Assembly: GCA_963738945.1 (NCBI GenBank)
Contig: CAVTYD010000002.1
Coordinates: 3,285,233 to 3,349,232 of the forward strand
Direction of reading: 5' to 3'
From: an uncultured Acidobacteriota bacterium
GTDB lineage: Bacteria > Acidobacteriota > Thermoanaerobaculia > UBA5066 > Gp7-AA6
Length of the DNA stretch: 64,000 nt
This document shows, piece by piece, positions 60,703 to 64,000 of this stretch (the first letter of the stretch is position 1; the number at the start of each line of letters is the position of its first letter). A program made the position numbers and the translations under genes. The notes beneath the pieces were generated by a model. It was not told the origin of the DNA and did no database searches. It saw only the letters and a program-made list of their open reading frames with translations.

Positions 60703-63126
60703 TTACCTCTCCACCTGGTACTGCGAGGACACGGCGACCAGGTACAGCGCCTGCTCCGCGCGGCCGAGCGGATCCGATGCATCGACGGCATTGACGGCGG
60801 AGACGATCGACGCGCGCAGCTCGTCGGACATCGTGCCGTGCAGGAGCAGCCGGTTCAGGCGATCCACGAGGTTGTCGGGGCTCGACGCGAGCAGCTGGAG
60901 CTCCGAGTAGTCGAGCGCGGTGCCGTTCGGGGTGTCGTTCCCCGGGTCGGCCTCGACGCCGCCCCAGATCGTGAACTGGTTGACGAAGTTGGCGCGCTTG
61001 AGGGAGGTCTGCGAGTTCATGATGCCGAACTCGGGACCGAGAACCCCGGCGGAGGCCGGCGGGGCCGCGTAGGCCTGCGGGAAGTAGCTGAACACCGTGG
61101 GCGGCTTCCAGATCAGCTGGCCCATGTCGCGGGTGAACGGTTCGAGGTTGCCGTCGGACTGCGTCGAGCCGTCGAAGGACATGGCGTGGAACGCCCGCAG
61201 CACGTTGTTGATGTAGAGCGCGGGCTCGCGGAGGTGTCCGTAGACCGGGTCGATCGGCGCCGTGCGGGCCTCGGGGTCGAGGAGGATCGCCTTGACGACC
61301 GGCCACAGCTTGCCGCGGGTGCCGGTGCCGTCGTCGTTGAAGAACCCCGCGACGCGTTCGACGTACGCGGGCGAAGGGTTCGAGGTCACGAGGCTGTGGA
61401 TGAGCTCGCGGGCGACGTAGGGCCCGACGTTCGGATGGTTGAAGATCGCGTCGATCGCCTGGTTCAGGTCCTGCGTTCCCGTCTGGCCCGCGGGCAGCGC
61501 GACCGGGCCGCCGGGAAACCCGCTGAACAGCGTCTTCGCGTCGGTGTCGTGCAGGTCGGAGTCGTACGACATCGGGTTGACCCAGTCGTCGCACTGGTCG
61601 CCGCCGTTCGGCGCCGGGCACGCGACCTGGTCGACGAACCATCCCGTGTACACGCGCTTGAACTCGTCGATGACGGCCTGGTCGTAGGAAGGCATCGGGC
61701 CGTTGACGTCGTTCTGCGTCGTGCCGTCCTGGTTCAGCAGGACCGTGCCGATCGAGAAGAGCTGCATCACCTCTCGGGCGTAGTTCTCGTTGGGGTCGTC
61801 CTTGGTCGAGGTGTCCATGTTGAGGTACTCGCCCATCGCGGGATTGAGGGTCTCCTGATAGAGGATGTCCCGGTAGTTGCCGAAGGCGTTCTGATCGAGG
61901 GCGCGCAAATAGGCCGCCATCTGGAACGGATACGGCAGCGTGCTCTCGGAAATGACGATCAGCTTGTGGAGCGCCCATGCGACGCGCTGGCGAAGCTGGT
62001 CCGGGCCGTACAGCGCGTTCAGGAAGAAGCGGTTCTGCAGGCGATACGACGAGTAGTTGTCCCGCTGGCAGGTGTCGTCGCACGTGTCCGGCGTGTCGGG
62101 CGGCCAGAGCGGAAAGAGAGCGGCCGGGTACGACGAGTCCGGCGCCGCGAACTGGGCGGCGAGCCACGGCAGGATTCCCTGTCCCAGCAGCTTGCCGATG
62201 TCGTCGTCGCTCGGTCCCCACGTCGCCTGCTCGAGAAACCGGATCGCATCCGGCCGGTGGAAGGTCTTCGTCATGAAGACGGACATCTGGCCGCGCGTCA
62301 CGGAGTTCGACGGGCAGTACGCCGTGCCGCCGCAACCGGCGGTCACGGAAAGCCGCGAGAGCTCCTCGATCCACGGCGCGAGCGGCATCGAGACCGGAAC
62401 GTCGCTGAAGACGCCCTGCGCCGGCGGCGGAGCGTAGTTCGTGCCGTGGTAGACCTTGAGCAGGAAGGCGGACATCTGGCCGCGCGTGACGGAGCTCGTC
62501 GGGCAGTAGCGCCGGGGATTCGTCGCGCATCCGCCGGTGATTCCCTCGGTGTAGAGCTCCTCGATCCAGTCCGCCGCGAAGTCCGAGGCGCCGACGTCGG
62601 TGAAGATCGTCCCGGTGGCCGGAGGAGGCACGTACGCCGAGCCGTGTCCGGCGCGCAGGAGAAAGACGGCCATCTGCGCGCGCGTGATCGACGAAACGGG
62701 GCAGTAGTTTCCGCCGCCGCATCCCGACGTGATGCCGTCGCGCACCATCTGCTCGATCGGCGCGTGGAAGGGACTCGAGGCATCCACGTCGAGAAAGTCG
62801 GCGAACCAGGCGCGGGGCAGCGTGCTCGTGGGTCCGCCGGGGTTCGAGACGGCGACGTCGTAGACCGCGCCCGCCGTGCGCGCCGGCGAGGTCGCGCCGA
62901 TGCGGGTCGAGCTCGTCACGGACGCCGAGACCGAGGCGCCTCCGATCGTGACGGCCGCGCCCGAGAGGAACTGGTTCCCGACGATCGAGACCGCCGTGCC
63001 TCCGCCGGCCGGACCCGAGGCCGGCGAGAGGTAGGCCGCCTGAAACGTCGTGGCCGCCTCCAGGTGGAGGGCTGCCGGAAACAGAATCGACGCGAATGCC
63101 GCGGCTTTTCGCTTCAACATAGACAC
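60703..63126 (-). CDS. DUF1800 domain protein with an N-terminal IPT/TIG domain and three Cys-containing SLH-like repeats
   Basis: A signal peptide is followed by an IPT-like segment (YLSPASGPAGGGTAVSIVGNQF). Next come 3 repeats of GIT.GCG...YCP...VTR.QM.VFL.K. The DUF1800-like body follows (FLEQATWGPS...). It is the typical partner of the downstream DUF1501 gene. Confidence 0.85.
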   Translation of the reverse strand: MSMLKRKAAAFASILFPAALHLEAATTFQAAYLSPASGPAGGGTAVSIVGNQFLSGAAVTIGGASVSASVTSSTRIGATSPARTAGAVYDVAVSNPGGPTSTLPRAWFADFLDVDASSPFHAPIEQMVRDGITSGCGGGNYCPVSSITRAQMAVFLLRAGHGSAYVPPPATGTIFTDVGASDFAADWIEELYTEGITGGCATNPRRYCPTSSVTRGQMSAFLLKVYHGTNYAPPPAQGVFSDVPVSMPLAPWIEELSRLSVTAGCGGTAYCPSNSVTRGQMSVFMTKTFHRPDAIRFLEQATWGPSDDDIGKLLGQGILPWLAAQFAAPDSSYPAALFPLWPPDTPDTCDDTCQRDNYSSYRLQNRFFLNALYGPDQLRQRVAWALHKLIVISESTLPYPFQMAAYLRALDQNAFGNYRDILYQETLNPAMGEYLNMDTSTKDDPNENYAREVMQLFSIGTVLLNQDGTTQNDVNGPMPSYDQAVIDEFKRVYTGWFVDQVACPAPNGGDQCDDWVNPMSYDSDLHDTDAKTLFSGFPGGPVALPAGQTGTQDLNQAIDAIFNHPNVGPYVARELIHSLVTSNPSPAYVERVAGFFNDDGTGTRGKLWPVVKAILLDPEARTAPIDPVYGHLREPALYINNVLRAFHAMSFDGSTQSDGNLEPFTRDMGQLIWKPPTVFSYFPQAYAAPPASAGVLGPEFGIMNSQTSLKRANFVNQFTIWGGVEADPGNDTPNGTALDYSELQLLASSPDNLVDRLNRLLLHGTMSDELRASIVSAVNAVDASDPLGRAEQALYLVAVSSQYQVER

Positions 63127-63238
63127 CTCGGATGTCCGGGATCTGACCGCAGCTTAGACGGCGGGCTGGGGCGGCCGCGACTGGCCGAACGGTCCTGACG
63201 AGGGACAGTGTCGGACAGGCCGGAGGGGCCGTCCGGCG

Positions 63239-64000
63239 TCAGTTCGGGTCGGCGTAGACCCGGAACTTCGGCTCTGCCGGCAGGCTAGACCGGGACAGGA
63301 ACTCCCAGATCTTCGGGTTCAGCTCCGCCGCGTGCCCGAGGTAGTCGTGCGTTTGGTCGGGCAGCTCCGTGAGCTCGACCGGGAACCCGCGCGATTTCAG
63401 CGCTTCGGCCGTGGCCCGGACCTCGGAGAGCGAAAAGAACTTGTCGCGCGTTCCGATCCAGATCGCGATCGGAATCTTCCGGCTGGCATAGTCGAAGAGC
63501 GAGAAGTAGTGCGGATCCACGGCTCCGGCGTGGACCGCGGCCGCGGCGAAGTACTCCGACTCGAGGCATGCCATCTGGAGCGTGAAGACGGCTCCCGCCG
63601 AGTGGCCGAAGAGATAGACGCGGCGCGGGTCGATCGGATGCCTGGCGGCGACCGCCTCGACGACGTCGCGCAGCAGGAGCGGACCGTCCTGCGGCGAGGC
63701 CCAGTGCACGGCATCCGTCGAGTCCGGCCCCGCGAGCACGATGCCCTCCTTCTCGGCGAGGTCTCTCCAGGCCTCCACGAACGTCCGACCGCTGCCGCCG
63801 GAGCCGTGAAACATCACGATCAGCGGGGCGGGACGATCCGGGGGAATCGAGGACGGAAGGTAGAGGTAATAGACGCGTTCCTTCTGCCGCGAGAGGACCG
63901 TCTGCTTCGTGACGTCCGCGGCCGCTGCGACCGCCGCCGACGCGGCGAGCGCAACGAAGAGCGCGAAGCCGGGCGCGAGGGCGCCGAGCCGCCGGCGCCG
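63239..64000 (-). CDS. Alpha/beta hydrolase (esterase/PHB-depolymerase-like); 5' end lies outside the window
   Basis: Has the nucleophile elbow GHSAG and an oxyanion-like MFHGSGGSG. The frame stays open to the window end through a signal-peptide-like LGALAPGFALFVALAASAAVAAAA. Confidence 0.75.
   Translation of the reverse strand, partial: RRRRLGALAPGFALFVALAASAAVAAAADVTKQTVLSRQKERVYYLYLPSSIPPDRPAPLIVMFHGSGGSGRTFVEAWRDLAEKEGIVLAGPDSTDAVHWASPQDGPLLLRDVVEAVAARHPIDPRRVYLFGHSAGAVFTLQMACLESEYFAAAAVHAGAVDPHYFSLFDYASRKIPIAIWIGTRDKFFSLSEVRATAEALKSRGFPVELTELPDQTHDYLGHAAELNPKIWEFLSRSSLPAEPKFRVYADPN

Noticed and set aside
59231-63198. Very long ORFs (1163 aa on minus, 1222 aa on plus) overlapping the DUF1501/DUF1800 genes
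   Set aside because: They are off-frame or antisense readings of the two real genes. They are Arg/Pro/Gly-rich and lack any domain signature. The in-frame DUF1501 (Tat signal, GTDHGWGS) and DUF1800 products explain the region.
1-64000. Mobile elements, prophage, integrase or transposase genes, toxin-antitoxin pairs, restriction-modification genes
   Set aside because: I scanned all ORFs of 60 aa or more for DDE/HUH transposase, tyrosine/serine recombinase, phage structural, methylase/endonuclease and classical TA motifs, and found none. The only conflict-type signatures are the TIR/SLATT/RyR genes reported above.

Overview
High-GC (about 70% by eye on sampled lines) bacterial chromosomal segment. 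The gene content includes a TIGR03436-type VWFA protein, a GloVer-repeat surface protein, a DUF1501/DUF1800 pair, three ECF sigma/anti-sigma pairs and many Tat- or lipoprotein-exported enzymes. This suggests an Acidobacteriota-like environmental organism (inference only). I can support about 62 protein-coding genes on both strands. They are densely packed, and many are joined by 1-4 nt start/stop overlaps (ATGA/GTGA). I recognised no rRNA, tRNA, CRISPR array, transposase or integrase. Main points follow. (1) The best candidate for a novel system is a tightly coupled minus-strand operon at 33.05-35.34 kb. It encodes a single-domain RyR (ryanodine-receptor repeat) protein, a tandem-SLATT 4-TM protein, and a TIR-domain protein followed by a 4-TM module. 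This looks like a nucleotide-signalling, membrane-effector conflict system with an unusual RyR component. (2) A six-gene operon (0.5-7.8 kb) encodes a di-haem peroxidase, ApbE, a porin, an exported FMN_bind protein, a His-rich 4-TM protein and a GloVer surface protein. Its roughly 24-nt operator is almost identical to one in the divergent fur/FTR1 promoter region at 9.56 kb. (3) An IPT/TIG plus three Cys-containing SLH-like repeats module is shared by two otherwise unrelated exported proteins at opposite ends of the window. (4) Four different families of structured repeats each sit in an intergenic gap between convergent genes. (5) There are eleven apparent single-base frame disruptions. Six lie in one ACE-like M2 peptidase gene and eight lie within 48.3-52.8 kb, so this is either gene decay or local assembly indel error. 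Start codons are inferred from frame, SD-like motifs and overlaps, and are less certain than stop positions. All family assignments rest on motif recognition from memory, not on searches.
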